From assembly GCF_004010195.1 (NCBI RefSeq), contig NC_057719.1:65475634-65539633 (forward strand): DNA of 64,000 nt, written 5' to 3'. Both the position numbers and the translations under genes were made by a program. The notes beneath the pieces were generated by a model that saw only the letters and a list, made by a program, of their open reading frames with translations, ran no database searches and had not been told where the DNA came from. How positions within the stretch are numbered: position 1 is the stretch's first letter; each line of letters opens with the position of its first letter. Origin of the DNA: Chiloscyllium plagiosum (Eukaryota). This document shows positions 49,521 through 63,127 of the stretch, one piece after another.

Positions 49521-50104
49521 GTGGGATGCAGGGCGACTCGGTGGAGTATGTTAGTTCTAAAGGGAGAAAGGTAAAAAAACAGAGGAGGCAGAACGAATGT
49601 GTGTCTGCTGCCCTGGTTCACTCCTTTTCAATATGGTGGGAATAAAACACAGGTGCAAAAGTTTCCCACCAATGAGGCCAAATGCAAGAGAAAGGATAAT
49701 TTCCAAGCCATACATTGCAACAACAAGCTTATATAGAATAAGGCAAAAGAGAAACTTCAAAAGCTAGAAGGATTCATGAAATGGAAGATATCAATGATGT
49801 GAAGATACCTTTCCTTAGCAAAATTCAGAAGCCAAGTGGAAAATAATTCTGTTAGTATAGGGAAGAAAGGCACGTTTTAAATTAGATCCAAGTTGGGAAG
49901 TTTTAGTCTCCTGTAATACTGGATAATGGTTGGGAGAAGAGTATTCTTCAGCCATCATGAACACAATGACTTGGCCCAGCAGGTTCAGAATCCATAGGAA
50001 AGTGAAATGCAACCATTCAATATAGAGAGAAAGATCACTGATCTTTTATATGATCGTAAACAAAAGTTGTTCACTCTTGAGCAGCAAAGTCTAAACAATA
50101 TTTA

Positions 50105-50370
50105 GTTGGCCATTCCAGTTCAGTTTCTTGTTCATGATGATTACCAAGATGTTAATGAGGAGGTGGTAGTGGTGGTGGGAGGGAGCGGTGAGATAATGTT
50201 GATGTCATTGACTGTCATGGGACAATGGTTACATTCTCTCTTGTTGGTGATGGTCATAGTTTGGCACTTGTGTGATATGAGTCTTGCTTGTCAATACTTA
50301 ATACAATTCTAAATATTGTCCCTATCTTACTATATGTGAATGCAGATTTCTTGAGTATCTGAGGAGTTCC
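50105..50370 (-). mobile_element. Degraded CR1/L2-group LINE fragment (family of 31815-33060)
   Basis: Inverse similarity to 32850-33060. Confidence 0.55.
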
Positions 50371-51862
50371 AAAGGTCAGACCTAGTGTTGTTCGTAGGAG
50401 ATTGGGTCTGCTGTTTGCGCAACATCAAACATTTAGTGAAAATCCATAAGTGACAATGGTTGTTACTGGCTTAGGAATTCAACATTAGAAGTGAGTTTCC
50501 AAACCAGAGAAAGTCCCTTCAAATATCATGAAACTAAGTCATACAACCACAAGAATAAAACAATATCAAGGGTTAATTACATTTTTGAAACATTTCATTC
50601 TCAGGCTGTGACTCGGTTCCGGAAAGGAGTCAAACCTCCCACATTCCAGGAAGGAAATATTCCTGGAGGATTGGAACAGGTGCTTCTCTAATGATTTTAG
50701 CCAAAGTTGATGAGAGGTCAATAATCAGCCCTTGACACAGTCCCACCTCTGGATTTCCACCCCTCCAATCATCAGTGAATACATCCATCAGAAAACCGAG
50801 TCAGCAATGAAATATTAGCAAGATTTTGCACGTTTTCCGGAAATACTGAATCTCTATTTCATTTTCCGTGAAACCCTTTCCATCTTGAGAACTAATGGAT
50901 TATCACTGATGACAAATATACCATTTCATATTTCTTCTGCATTGCTTCCAACTTCTGTTGCTGATCTTGGTTTGTCAGTGATCCCTCAGCGTGCCAGTAT
51001 CTTTTGGCAGATGCTTTACAAGGGTCTGAAACGTCAACTGTTCCAGCTTTGACTCACGTGAGGGAGGAATGAAGAAAACAGACATCTGCTGGAAAGGCGT
51101 GGCAATCCCTCATTCCTGAATTGACAGCAGCTACTTTGGCACTGCCAGATCATCCAAGGATAAGACTTATTCTCCTTCCTCCTAAAGAGGAGACTTCAGA
51201 GAATATTGTTTGTAAAATAAAAAAAAAATCATTATCAAAATAAAGTTAAAGTTAATTGTTTCCATATATGTGGTGATCTGTTTCCCTTTTTCAAACAAGT
51301 ACTTCATGATTTAGGAAGTTCTCTCTCCAGATCTTATCAAATCTAGGCCCAAATCATCTGTTCTATGGATCTTTAGAAACCTCCATGGGAATTGCCCAGG
51401 AAGTTCCAATAGACAACCCTCCTGCTTCTCCCAGCTAGCCCTGTGATAGTTAACTGATTGATTGCTTGTTCGTAAAGTGTTTGATGGAGCAATCCGAGTC
51501 TAACTCCTGGTTAACTGTACAACTGACCGCCCAATCACTCATATTGAATGCTGCGTCCTCCCCCAGTCTTCTTTTTTGGCCCCCGGACTGCACTATCCCT
51601 GATTCCCTAACTATCAGACTGACTCCCTTCCCCCAATTTTTTTACTACTTTCCTGTCCCAATCTGACCGACCCTTCTGAATATATTACCCTGCCGCCAAC
51701 CTGACTTGATTCACACCAGGACCATGTATCGACTTACGTCCTCCATCTGTCTCATCCATCTCACCCTCTTCTCCCGTTCGCCATACTGCTTTCTACAACA
51801 TCAGTCACCTTAATGCACAGTAATTACTTACCCAGCCTACCCATTCATTAACATTCACCCGT

Positions 51863-51949
51863 GTGGGCAGCACGGTGGCACAGTGGTTAGCACTGCTGCC
51901 TCACAGCGCCTGAGACCTGGGTTCAATTCCTGCCTCAATCTAATCTAAT
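51863..51949 (+). mobile_element. Mini HE1-like SINE: tRNA head fused directly to an (aatct)n tail
   Basis: gggcagcacggtggcacagtggttagc...gggttcaattcctgcctc-aatctaatctaat. Confidence 0.85.
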
Positions 51950-53267
51950 TCATCGACTTCCCTTATAACAGGTAATGCATTGAAATGGTGTGTGTTTGAC
52001 TGTTTACTCTGTGGGTGCAGAAGCCAGGCCATAAACAGGTAGCAGTGTTGAGAGAGTCACTGCTTGAGAGACATGCCAAAATATTGAAGACTGTGCTCTA
52101 GACAATCCAGGCTCATGTAGAATGAAATAAAGATGTATCAACACGACTGAGGCTGAATGTGTATTGAAAACTGCTCCCCGATCTCCTTGTTAAGCAACAA
52201 ATTATGAACGAGATATACAGGCATCATGTTGTAGACTCCTACAAGCTTTATATTGTAATTCACTTCAGAGCTTATAAGAATAGGTGGAATTAATTGTTAT
52301 TCACTTAACTTTAGTTCCCAGATTCTCATTTGTATCACAGTACAAATTTAGAACTATTCTAATTCAACTGCTCCATTCTTTAAAAAAACCTAAATCTTGC
52401 TCACTTAAGAATGCTTTAATATTGCACACAGTGTACAATGTGTGCCAAATATTCCAAATATTGTACTTAACCCAATATTCCAAGGGTTAGTTCACTTGAA
52501 CAAAATAGGTTGCCTTGTTTTTCTCAAACAGACACCATGATGGTCTTAAGCTAACTGCTTTCATGAGAAAGCCCCCAGAAAAATGGTAACCCTTCAGACA
52601 AAATCAGACCATAGAATTCCCTAAAGTGATGAATAATGCATTCACATTAGCTGATCCATGGCCAAGATGCTAATGTCCAACTGTTCCTGAGAAGAATTAG
52701 AGCCAATACATGAGTCATGACAAATGTTTGGGTGGGCAGTTACTACCTTAATGCTGATGTCACCGGAAGTATCTGCACAAACTTGGTGTGACCTTGTTTC
52801 CTGTTCCAGAATACCCTTCCATTCTACAAGGGTCTCTCAAAGAAAGCGGAGTCTCTCTCGGGATAATTTGCAGTATTCTCCTTTAACCTACCATTGCTTT
52901 TGCTGCTTTCGGATATACAGACGGAGTGTCACTGCCGAGTCATTTCTGAGTCAGGGAGAGGAATGCCCTTGCACCTTTGTGGGACCAGAACTTGTCACAG
53001 TGCAAACGTGGCCCCTGGTTCTGCTAGGGAAGTGGCCAGTGGAAATTTTGTTATGTTTCAGAGCAGGTCAAAGAAATAGCCCCCTCACAATGCAAATGAT
53101 GGTGATAGGACACAACCTTAACTAGCACTTCCATTCCTGATTGCCTTTGTGATTGTGAGACACTACTTAAAAAGTCATTTGGCCCTCAGTGTCCTTACCC
53201 CGCAGCTGGAAGGCCCACGTTCAAGTCCTACCTACTCCAGAGGTGGGTAATAACATTTCTGAACAGA

Positions 53268-53575
53268 TTGAGTTTTCCAATTTCAAATAACCTCTCTTCC
53301 CATCCCCTAACTCCCTTCCCAGCCCCTATCCCTCCCTTCCACTCCTCCCTGCCACCAACTGGATTCATTCCTCCCTTGATCAATTGCTCCCTATCTTCAC
53401 CTATTTTCACTTCACCACTCTGGCTCCACCACCCCTTTTATCTGCAGCTTCCCCTACACTCACTCCCAGTCCTGAAGAAGGGTTATACCCGAGACATTGA
53501 CTTCTCCACCTTCTGATGTTGCCTGGTTTGCTGTGTTCTTCCAGCCTCCTGCTTGTCTACTTTAGCATCCAGCAT
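53268..53575 (+). mobile_element. Penelope-like 3' end: ORF terminus, pyrimidine-rich tract, hammerhead motif at 53468-53502
   Basis: 'IEFSNFK*'-like end, then AGUC-CUGAAGA-A-GGGU-UAU-ACCC-GAG-ACAU-U-GACU. Confidence 0.78.
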
Positions 53576-53830
53576 CATCATCTGTGGGATGCTGCACTAG
53601 GCACTTCTGTTGATAATGGACACAATACTTCAGTGCTCTCTTTTGCACTGCTGTGCTGGAATTGCCCGTGCTGGAAGATAAGGATATTTGTGACACCTCC
53701 ATTTGCTGTTAGTTGTTCATTGTTCACCACCATTCACAACTAGATGTGACAGTATTGCAGAACCCAAATCTGATGCAGTGGCTGTGGAATCACTTAGCTC
53801 TGTCTATTGCATTCTGCTTTTGTTGCTTGG
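53576..53830 (-). mobile_element. Degraded CR1/L2-group LINE fragment
   Basis: Inverse similarity to ~31890-32060. Confidence 0.5.
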
Positions 53831-54564
53831 ATAACAACCCTGTTATCACTTAAAAACGTGAAGGAGACTCCTAGAGGGCACAGGGGCTTTATTTTAAGGC
53901 CTCATCAGAAAAGCCCATTATTCCATTGTCATCCTGGATCCTATGTTCAATATTAGAGTGTGACATCAATTGCGGATGCAAGACTAACAGCTAAGTGTCA
54001 AATAAAACAATGTCAAAGGTCACGCAAAACCCTTGGAGAACATTCCATGTGAAAGGTGCTAATTACTTCCAGATTTTAGGACTCTGAAGCACAAATTCAG
54101 ACTCTAAAATGTTTACCTTTGGTGCAGAATCTAGACAGAGAAACATCCTGTCAAAGAGATTAAAATGCGGATACAGATATATATGTGTACGTATGTATGT
54201 AAAGTTTTCCGAATTGTAGTACTTTTTATAGAAACTATGTCTGCAACATTCACTTGGTATCCCTGTACAAATAGTACATTTCCATGGAAAACTGTCCTCC
54301 CTTGTTTGGAATGCCCTGGCTATAGTCATTATTTAGGTTTAGACTTTTCTAACAGCAGTTTGCTGAAAGTACTGTAAATTCTGGGCCAGTCTTAACGTAC
54401 TTTCAAAACTGCTCTGCTGTAACCAAATGAAATGCTACTGTGAATCTATGAATTTTAATATTGCGCTTCCAATTTACGTTTCAAAAAAATCATTGCCGTG
54501 GTGATGGTGAACAGCAGTGATTGAAGCACCATTTTCTACAAAACACAACTTACCCCCTTCAGAA

Positions 54565-54740
54565 ACAGTATGGGCAATTTAGCATGGCCAATGCCTGACC
54601 TGCACATCTTTGGACTGTGGGAGGAAACCCACACAGACACAATGTGCAAACTCTATACAGACAGTTTCCCGAGGCTGGAATTGAATCTGGGACCCTGCTG
54701 CTGTGCGGCAGCAGTGCTAACCATTGAGCCACCATGCCAC
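54565..54740 (-). mobile_element. HE1-like SINE, 5' part
   Basis: Head on the minus strand. Confidence 0.88.
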
Positions 54741-54944
54741 CCTCCTGGTTCTGCTGCGTATCTCCTGATTCCACCTATTCTGACCTTAGTCCTACAATTA
54801 TTATGTTTCTACACAGTGCCTGATCTGAAAGTTTTTGAAAGTATACATTCATTATTATCACTGCATTGTCCTCTTTTCATCTTTCTTGGTTAACCACAAC
54901 AGATATCTAATGATCTATTTGGCAAGCATTGTTTGTTTAGATAA

Positions 54945-55162
54945 AAAAGTGGTTCCGATGTGGAATGAACTTCCCGAAGAAGTGGTGGATGCAGGTACAA
55001 TTACAATGTTTAAGAGATATTTGGATAACTACATAAATAAGAATTGTTTGGAGAGATATGGGCCAGGCATGGGCGGCTGGGACTGGTTCGGTTTGGGATT
55101 ATGGCTCGGTTCGGTCTGGAATGGTTGGACCAAAGGGTCTGTTTCTGTGCTGCCTGACTCTA
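54945..55162 (+). mobile_element. CR1 LINE 3' end
   Basis: WNELPEEVVDAGTITMFKRYLD; tail ggaccaaagggtctgtttc. Confidence 0.9.
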
Positions 55163-58100
55163 CGAAACGCCAATTAAAATTCAGTTAACTAGTTCACTAG
55201 AAACAATTAGGTTTCAATTGCAAGGATTACTTGAGTGAAAAGAAGAGGAATTTTATTACTTGCTAAACCTGATAGAAATAATGAAGACATGGCAAGAAAC
55301 ACACATTCGAGCACAGGCACTAAATGTCCATTCCAAAAATTGGAACATTAATTTAAAGTCCTAAGGGCACTCTTGAGGTATTACGTTTTAATCTGATACC
55401 ACGATTGGTTAGGAATGTGCTAGAACAATAGCATCCATAAATATTGCAGATTTCTTTGAGCCGTCCAGTTATAATTACAAGTCCATTTCATTGTCCTGCC
55501 AAAAACAAACAGCTCGCTGAAACACAGCTGGTTTGTATATTCCAATATTCGAGGCCCTTGTTTCCAAGCTGGTTAATGTGAGGTCCTTGTTTCCAAGATG
55601 GTTAATCCCAGGTGATTTTTTTTCCCTGTCTCCAACATGTGAACTTTGTAAAAAGGTGTAAATCAAAGAGAGGGGGATATCAGTTTGGTTGATGGACTTC
55701 AGTCCTTTGATAACATGTTAATTTCGCTTCAGACTGAGTTTTGTTTATTCATTTTTTCAAGAAATTTGGATCAAGCTGTGGTCAGGTGATCATTGCAGCT
55801 ATTTCTAAGTTAGTTTCTTTTTCCTTCTTAAAACTATTTCAATCCATGGTTTCAGACGATAAAATCAGATGATAAAAGTCAAAAACCGATTGTCCACATT
55901 TTGCCACTGTGTATATACATTGTGCTATTCTTGAACTGGTGCACTGAGATATATATTCAGCTTGTGAGTACACAGGAAGGCATAACTTGTTTCAGAGTAG
56001 ACATAATGCCAAATAGCCAAATTCATCCAGCCATAATGCCTATGTTTATGCCACTGCTTATCTTTCCAGACTTGGGCAAGAAGGAGAGGTGTGAGCAGAG
56101 GTGACTTCACTGAAACAGTGCTGAGCATGTGCAAATAGAGAATTGGATTCTAGTTGTTGAGGATTTTATGTGATCAGGCAGGTGCTTTTTGTTGAACTAG
56201 AACAAATTCCATTGAGTCATGCAATCACATCAACAGCACTTTAGGAGGGATTTCAGTTCTTAACTAACCTGACAGCTTGATCTTTCTAACTAACCCTGCA
56301 AGCTTAGATTGCAACGTGTATCTCTGGATAACATTTCCCCTTTAAAAGCTGATGTATGCAGGAGAAATTACAGCCTTACCTTCTCCCCCTTTTGTGATAG
56401 AGGCATGCGCGTGCATCTTAATATTCTCAACTGGATCGTTTCCTTATTTCTCCATACGACAGGAGAAAGAGATGATGTTATTTTACTCAAAGCCTGAGGT
56501 CACTTAGTAAATACTTAACCTTTCTTTTCATATCACGGGTCATACATTTTTTGGCTGGCCATTATGTCATGGAATGCATACATTGCATTGTGCAAAATCA
56601 GAACCATAAGTTTCCCTGCAGCTGCCAACAGTTTGTAGGATTTATAAGTGTATGACTGCCCCAGTGGGTCTTGTCTCATTTTGTCTATAAGCATCTATAC
56701 ACTCTGATAGATTAGTGCTTATGTTATTATTCCAAGGTAGCAGTTTGAATTATTGGCCTGAGTTTGCATTAGGGCCTCACCATTGTCAAATAATTTTATA
56801 ATGGCTTCCATCTGCACTCCAATGGCTCTTATAATTGGATTTTTTTAATGACGGTTTTAGATTTATTGGCAGAAAGCTGGACTATTGAAAAAGCATTTTT
56901 TTCGGAGAATATTCACATTTGTACCACATTTTCCACTGCTTCAACTTTAGTTTGAACTGCATTGAGTGTTAATGGGTTTGTGCTCAGTCAGTGCAGTCAT
57001 GATGTCATTGTTAAAGGACCCTGGTCTGTGTCCACTTATTTCTGGCTGGCAAGTAACGCCTCTAATCAATAGGTGTCACATCTGACTTATCATCAGAACT
57101 GGAAGATGTTACGGATGAACAGCTTACTAAGAAAACCCAGGGCTGCAGAGTAAAGGCAACAGAGTTAAGCTATATGATGGAGGATAAAAGATGATTTTTT
57201 TTTAAAAGATGGACTTTTAGGAAAGTAGATCTCGCTATAAAGTCAACATTTATTGTCCATCCTGGTTTCCTAGAGGACTTGCTATTGAGCTTCTTCTTAA
57301 ACCATTGCATTTCAGATCATGACGGTACTCCCACAGCACTGGTCAGGTAGGCAGTTCCAAGACTTTGACTCAGGGACAATAGAGAAACAATGAGATATGT
57401 TCCAGTCAAATGGCTTCTGAATTGGTTGAGAACGTACAGGTGAGAATTCTCTCATCAGCCTATAGTTCTTGACCTTATAAGTGATAGCAATCAATAGGTT
57501 GAGGAGATGGGGAACCCAAAATAATTCTGGAAGTTTAGAGAAGGAATGAGGATAGAGGTGTGGAAAATGGGATGGTCACAGATGAGTATTCTTGCCAGCA
57601 TACTAGTGGGGATTCCTCAACTAAAGAAAATGAGATATTATTTGGAAGCTCTGTCATGGAAGATACCATCATCAAAGGGAATGTGATGGAAGTAGAGAGA
57701 TAAAAGGAAGTGGAATGGGAAGAATTATAATGAAGGTAGCTTTTGATGCCAATGGCATCATTCCAATGAAAATTCAGATAGATTTGAATGCACGATAGGA
57801 ATAACTGAACATAACTGAGATATCACACCCCAATGAAGCTTCACCAAACAGTCAGAGGCCAGAGGATGTGGTCAAAAATGGCTATTCCATAAAACAAAAA
57901 TAAGGAAAATCTGCATGGAGGAAATCCTTCTGGCCAAATAAGTCGACACAATGCAGCCAGTGGATGATTTCTTTGCTTGGAATGATGTCTGAGAGCTGCT
58001 GCAAAAATGTCAGTAGCATTCTTTCCTTTTATAGCTTCCTGGAAGGTTACGGAGCATTCATTGCTTACAACACTGACTCACTCTGCAACTGTAGGATAGA

Positions 58101-58267
58101 AATGATTTCAAAATTGGGGAACCGTTTTAAAGTGCAACTGGTTGCAGAAATAAAGAGTGATGCATGATCATGGACGCAAGTGTTTAGTGTTATCACAGCT
58201 AGTTGCTTAAAAAAATGTTGCAGGGTAAATTAGCTGTATAAATAGAGGCATAGAGTATAATAGAGAA

Positions 58268-58480
58268 GTCAGCTTAGTTGGCTGGGCAGATGGTCTGCAT
58301 TGTAGAATGCTGCAAACAGCTTGGGTTCAATTCCCACACCAGACACGGCTACCATGACGGACTCGTCTTCTCAAGCTCTCCCCTCATCTGAGACCTGGTG
58401 GTCCTCAGGTTAAGCCACCACCAGTTCTCTCTTTCCAAGGAGCCCTACGGTCTGCTGGACTATAGCAATGTCACCTCCTT
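58268..58480 (+). mobile_element. tRNA-derived SINE, second family
   Basis: Similar to 7132-7352. Confidence 0.7.
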
Positions 58481-58519
58481 AGCATATAATAGGGAATAAT
58501 TTATGCTAAAGTATATTGA

Positions 58520-58825
58520 CTGTTATAAAGGATTTTGATAAAGAAATAATTAAAAGGGTCAGGAACCAAGGGAATCAGATTTAATCTCATTGGCAAAAGA
58601 GCTAGAGGGCCGATGAGGAGCAATTTATTTAGGAAGCAAGTTGTTCTGGAGTGGAATGCATTGATTGAAAGAGTGAGATGTCATGACATCTTTTAAATGA
58701 GAATTGGATATGGATCAGAAAAGATAAAAATACTCAACTATGGGGAAAGAAGGACAGGGGATGATTAAGTATCTCCCTAACATGATGGACTAAATGGCCT
58801 ACTTTATTGCAAGATTCTAGAATGC
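58520..58825 (+). mobile_element. Old CR1 3' end relic
   Basis: 'tggaatgcattg' and tail 'atggactaaatggcct'. Confidence 0.55.
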
Positions 58826-61309
58826 TATAAATTTCAGTTTTTTAATAGAGACAAACTCAAACTTCTAATTTTAAAAAGTTTCATTTTTGCTGTACTTTAT
58901 TTGTGAATACAGTATATAATGTGTGTAATACATTTTACTTAAAATCTCATCATCATCATGTTTGGCAGTCCCTTGTAGACAAGGATGGTTCTCAGCGTGA
59001 GTCTGAAGGCTGTATGGACCAATATGGTGAATGGCAGGCTCTGTTACACTTGGGCATGGCAAGGGGTTGGTTGGGCATGGGTGTGGCAGAGTGTTCCTTT
59101 TGCCTTCCTTCAAATCGAAGATGCATATCGATTGGCCAGACTGCGTTGCTAAATTTTTGTTTTTTTTACGTAACTCTTGACATTCATAGTAAGTGTTACA
59201 TGATCTACATAACCCAACAATTTTACAATTTGTTTAAATTTTCAACAAGTTCAGCTAGACTTTAACATTTTTTTCTAACATTTTAGGATAAAGCATTTTT
59301 TCAAAACTTATCGCAACTCCTCATACCGATTTAAAACTATGTGGAATTTGTCAAATATGTACTCACTTATAGTTTCAAACCAGAGAACAGTTTACTAGAA
59401 CATTATGCAGACCCACAGTACCTAATTTTATTCCTATTTACATTGGTGGGCACGCTGGTTTTGGGTTGCAGAGAGAAAGTTGGATTTATGAGTACTTTTG
59501 TTCTCCGTCGGGATTGTTGTGGTTTAGCATTATCTGCTGAAACAGTCAAATGAGGTCAAATGCCAAACGGCCCTTCACCATTCATTTCAACAAGTCTGGT
59601 GTTTCTTGAACTTTGGCCTGAAAATATTTTCAGGGCCAATTTGTTCAATAAAGGTTAGACATTAATTGCTCTGGCCCATCTACTCCAGTAACAACTTCCC
59701 AGATCCCAAATATATAGATACCCCATCGATAGCCGGTCGCTAGGAGGTGTGTGTTAGAATTCTGTTCAAATCGTAAATTCTATCTCCTGCCCGCCTGGCC
59801 CATCAGTTTTTTCTCCTTTGATATAGACCGGCTTGACATGAATGAAGATAGTAAGAAATAGGAGATCAAATTGCAGGCTTCATCATATCAAAAATATTTA
59901 CAGCAACCTGAGTGCTGCTTACAATTTGGTCACTTGTCACATCTGTCTCACTTACCAGCAGGTGTGGGAAAGTTTTGATTTCATGTAGCCCAGGAACACA
60001 TCAGAAATGGAGGGAATATGATTTGAGCTGTTCCAGAGTTGAGTGAAAACCATTCTTCACTCCACTTTAATGTTCCGCAGCATTTTTGTGGGAGAGTTGG
60101 CCTGCTGAGCATACAGGAAATTTGAATTCTCATGAACTATAAATTGTTATGTTTGTTTGGAGTTTGGTACTCATGCATTTATTCTGATGAATGTAAGAAG
60201 AAAATATTTAGCAACAGGTCTTGCTTCAGCAGTGTTCAACTTCAATATTATAATTCAGACATTAAGAGAGTAGATAGGGCACACATCACGACACAAAATA
60301 ATGTTTCAGGGCTGTCTATAAAAGATTATCATTAACTATAATTGCTAACCTATGTGAGCTGTGGGCATCAAATTATTCGCAGGATACACAGCAGCTGAGG
60401 CCACAGCAACACAAGTTTACACAATCATTAGAGTCGTCAAGTCCTTGCTATATCTGCCTTACTGGGAAAAATGACTTCTCCATTCAGTTGCTAAATACTT
60501 AGCAAAAGAGATAAATATTTGTTTTAAATAACCGACAGGAAAACTGATGGCTGGAAGGGCAGATTTAGCAAAACACTCAAAAAAAGAATTTTTGTAAACT
60601 TCACCCAAACAAAGTACTGCCTTCCCACTGCACTGCCCACATAATGATCTCACACAAATATCCACCAATCATTGCTAGTTGGTCAATCTGAGGAAATATG
60701 ATATCTGAGTGTAGGAATCTGTTGTCAATTCTTATTGAATACTGTCTCATACAGTGAGGACTGACCTCCCTCTAATGTATCATGTTCATGGCTTAAAAAT
60801 TGTAGGTTGCAAAGCAAAAATCATCAGAATATAGCTGCTGACAAATTACACACTTTAAACTTATTTTGTAAAAGAGTTTGAACTGTGTCCTGCCCATTTT
60901 ACCAATCTGCACATTGTAAAAAACAATCACATAACAGGATTAAAGAGCTCTCTTCTGCAATAAGAAGGAAATGCTTTTTGGTGGTTGGGGGATTTCCAGG
61001 ATTTTACATCAGTAACAATGAAGTAACAACAATAGATTTTCAAACAGGCTACTGTGTGTCTTGGGAGTGAGCATGTTCCTGTTCCCCTAAGTCCTTTGTT
61101 TCTCAAGATGGTAGACACTGTGGATGAGAAGATCTTGGTGAGTTGCCACAGTGTGTCTTGTAAATGGCAAAAACTGCTGCAAGTTGGTTGTCAGTTCTTA
61201 ACATTACAGTTAGGGTGCAAATTCAGTCGGCAGCTTTTTCCCGGATAGTGTCAAATGTTAATGGATTTTACATCCAATCAAGTGAGTATTCCATCATTCT
61301 CCTAAGGGG

Positions 61310-61603
61310 TTTTGCAGTTGGTACAAAAATTTGGGGAGTTAAGAAATAAACTACTACTTTGCATTGACCTGTGCTGTAGTCACATTATTTGTGTGGCTTG
61401 TCCAGTTAAGTTTCAAGTCCTCAGAATATTGATAATGGTGGATCCAGTGATGGTAATTCCATTGAATGTCAAGGAGAGCTAATTAGTTGGAGATGATCAT
61501 TTCAAGCATTTGTGTGGTGTGAAACTTACTAACCACTTTTCAGCTCAGGCTGAATGTTATCCTGTCTTGCTGTTTATGGACAAGGAATGCTTCAGTATCT
61601 GAG
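61310..61603 (-). mobile_element. Degraded CR1/L2-group LINE, continuing at ~63130-63320 and ~63700-64000
   Basis: Inverse similarity to 32500-33060; split by the younger CR1 and by SINEs. Confidence 0.6.
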
Positions 61604-63127
61604 GTGGTGTACCCCAGAACTCTGTGGAAAGCTAGGGACGTGATTGCTGTGCCATTTGCTGAGATATTTGAATTATCAATTACCATAGGTGAGATGTCAG
61701 AAGAATGGTGCTATTATTTAAGAAAGGTGGTAAGGAAAAGCTAGGGAACTATAGACTGGTGAGCCTGACATTGCTGGTGGGCAAGTTGTTGGGGGGTATC
61801 CTAAGGGACAGGATGTACATGCATTTGGAAAAGCAAGGACTGATTAGGGATAGTCAACATGGCTTTATGCATGGGACATCATGTCTCACTAACTTGATTG
61901 AGTTATTTGAAGAAGTAATGAAGAGGATTGATGATGGAAGAGTGATGGACATGATCTATATGGACTTCAGTAAGACTTTTAACAAAGTTCCTCATGGTGG
62001 ACTGATTAGCAATGTTAGATCACATGGAATACAGGGAGAACTAGCTACTTGGATACAGAACTGGCTCGAAGATAGAAGACAGAGGGTGTTGGTGGAGGGA
62101 TGTTTTTCAGACTGGAGACGTGTAACCAGTGGTGTACCACAAGGATTGGTGCTGGGTGCACTGCTTTTTGTCATTTATATAAATGATTTGGATGTGAACA
62201 TAGGAGATATGGTTAGTAAGTTTGCAGATGACACCAAAATTGGAGATGTAGTAGACAGCAAGAAGGTTACCTCAGCTTACAACAGAATCTTGATCAGATA
62301 GACCAATGGGCAGATGGAGTTTAATTTAGATAAATTTGAGGTACTGCATTTTTGAAAGGCAAGTCAGGACAGGACTTACACACTCAATGGCAAGGTCCTA
62401 AGGAGTGTTTTTGAACAAAGAGAACTTGGAGTGCAGGTTCATATTTCCTTGAAAGTGGAGTCTCAGGTAGATAGAATAGTGAAGAAGGCAATTGGTATGC
62501 TTTCCCTCATTAGGCAGAACATTTGAGTGGAGGAGTTTGGTGGTCATGTTGTGGGTGTACAGGACATTGGTTGGGCCACTTTTGGAATATTGTATGCAAT
62601 TCTGGTCTCCCTCCTATAGGAACAAAGTTGTGAAACTTGAAAGGATCCAGAAAGGATTTACAAGGATGTTGCCAGGCTTGGAGTAGTTGAGCTACAGGGA
62701 GAGGCTGAATAGGCTGGAGCTGTTTTCCCTGGAGCATCAGAGGCTGAAGGGTGACCTTTTAGAGGTTTATAAAATCATGAGGGACATTGATAGGGTAAAA
62801 AGACAAAGTCTTTTCCCAGGGTTGGGGGAGACCAGAACTAGAGGGCATAGGTTTAGGGTGAGAGGGGAAAGATTTAAAAGGGACCTAAGGGGCAACTTTT
62901 TCATGCAGGGGGTGGTGCGTGTATGAAATGAGCTGCCAGAGGAAGTGGTGGCAACTGGTACAATTACAACATTTAAAAGGCATCAGTATGAGAATATGAA
63001 CAGGAGGAGTGTAGAGGGATATGGACCAAGTACTGACAAATGGGACTAGATTCATTTAGGATATCTGGTTGGCATGGGTGAGTTGGAAGAGTCTATTTCC
63101 ATGTGGTATATTTTAATAACTCTATGA
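61604..63127 (+). mobile_element. CR1 LINE 3' 1.5 kb, including the longest RT remnant (ORF 61705..62301)
   Basis: NYRLVSL, SQHGF, YMDFSKTFNKVPH, GVPQGLVLG, KFADDTK; frameshifts and stops downstream. Confidence 0.95.

Noticed and set aside
51863..51936. Possible tRNA gene
   Set aside because: Identical in type to the SINE heads throughout the window and followed by the SINE tail repeat
57950..58002. C/D snoRNA-like arrangement (gatgat...ctga with gcagc/gctgc ends)
   Set aside because: Imperfect C box and too short an interval
61705..62301. 198-aa reverse transcriptase ORF as a functional gene or retron-like system
   Set aside because: 5'-truncated CR1 ORF2 piece with downstream frameshifts and stops; one of many copies
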